NCBI RefSeq assembly: GCF_006345805.1
Contig: NC_043002.1
Coordinates: forward strand, 120,408,874 to 120,472,873
DNA: 64,000 bases
DNA from: Octopus sinensis
Lineage: Eukaryota
Direction of reading: 5' to 3'
Made by a program: the position numbers and the translations under genes. How positions within the stretch are numbered: the first letter of the stretch is position 1; the number at the start of each line of letters is the position of its first letter. Below the pieces are notes generated by a model, which saw nothing but the letters and a program-made list of their open reading frames with translations, was not told where the DNA came from and ran no database searches. This document shows positions 63,938 through 64,000 of this stretch, one piece after another.

Positions 63938-64000
63938 GACGGAACGCACGCATCCATTTCTAAGTAAGATTGTTCTTAATATTATAATGATGCACACTCT

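Overview
AT-rich, repeat-saturated animal genomic DNA. It is most likely octopus/cephalopod, inferred from the tRNA-derived SINE families and (TA)n/(CA)n/(TATG)n density, not from a search. No intact host protein-coding gene is recognisable; most six-frame ORFs are microsatellite artefacts. The window holds: three main SINE families with many copies (working labels A, B, C) plus two minor SINE types; decayed CR1-like, R4/Dong-like and L1/Tx1-like LINE fragments; a mariner and a second DDE DNA transposon; a TA-flanked MITE; three non-autonomous Helitrons and a RepHel relic; and a 5S rRNA-derived copy. The main signal is a dense set of short Penelope-like/retrozyme-like elements sitting in (TA)n tracts, often as long foldbacks. 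They carry minimal type I hammerhead ribozyme (HHR) motifs with palindromic stem III. These include near-canonical copies (54978-55033; 14494-14543; 14167-14216), a C4 variant (13583-13617; 58654-58688) and a variant with the conserved C3-G8 pair swapped to G3-C8 (54748-54798; 54803-54845). A second signal is a pair of duplicated 29-nt candidate micro-exons with invariant splice flanks but a diverged body (12203-12231; 14759-14787). All folds, translations and coordinates were derived by eye; ends of decayed elements are approximate.
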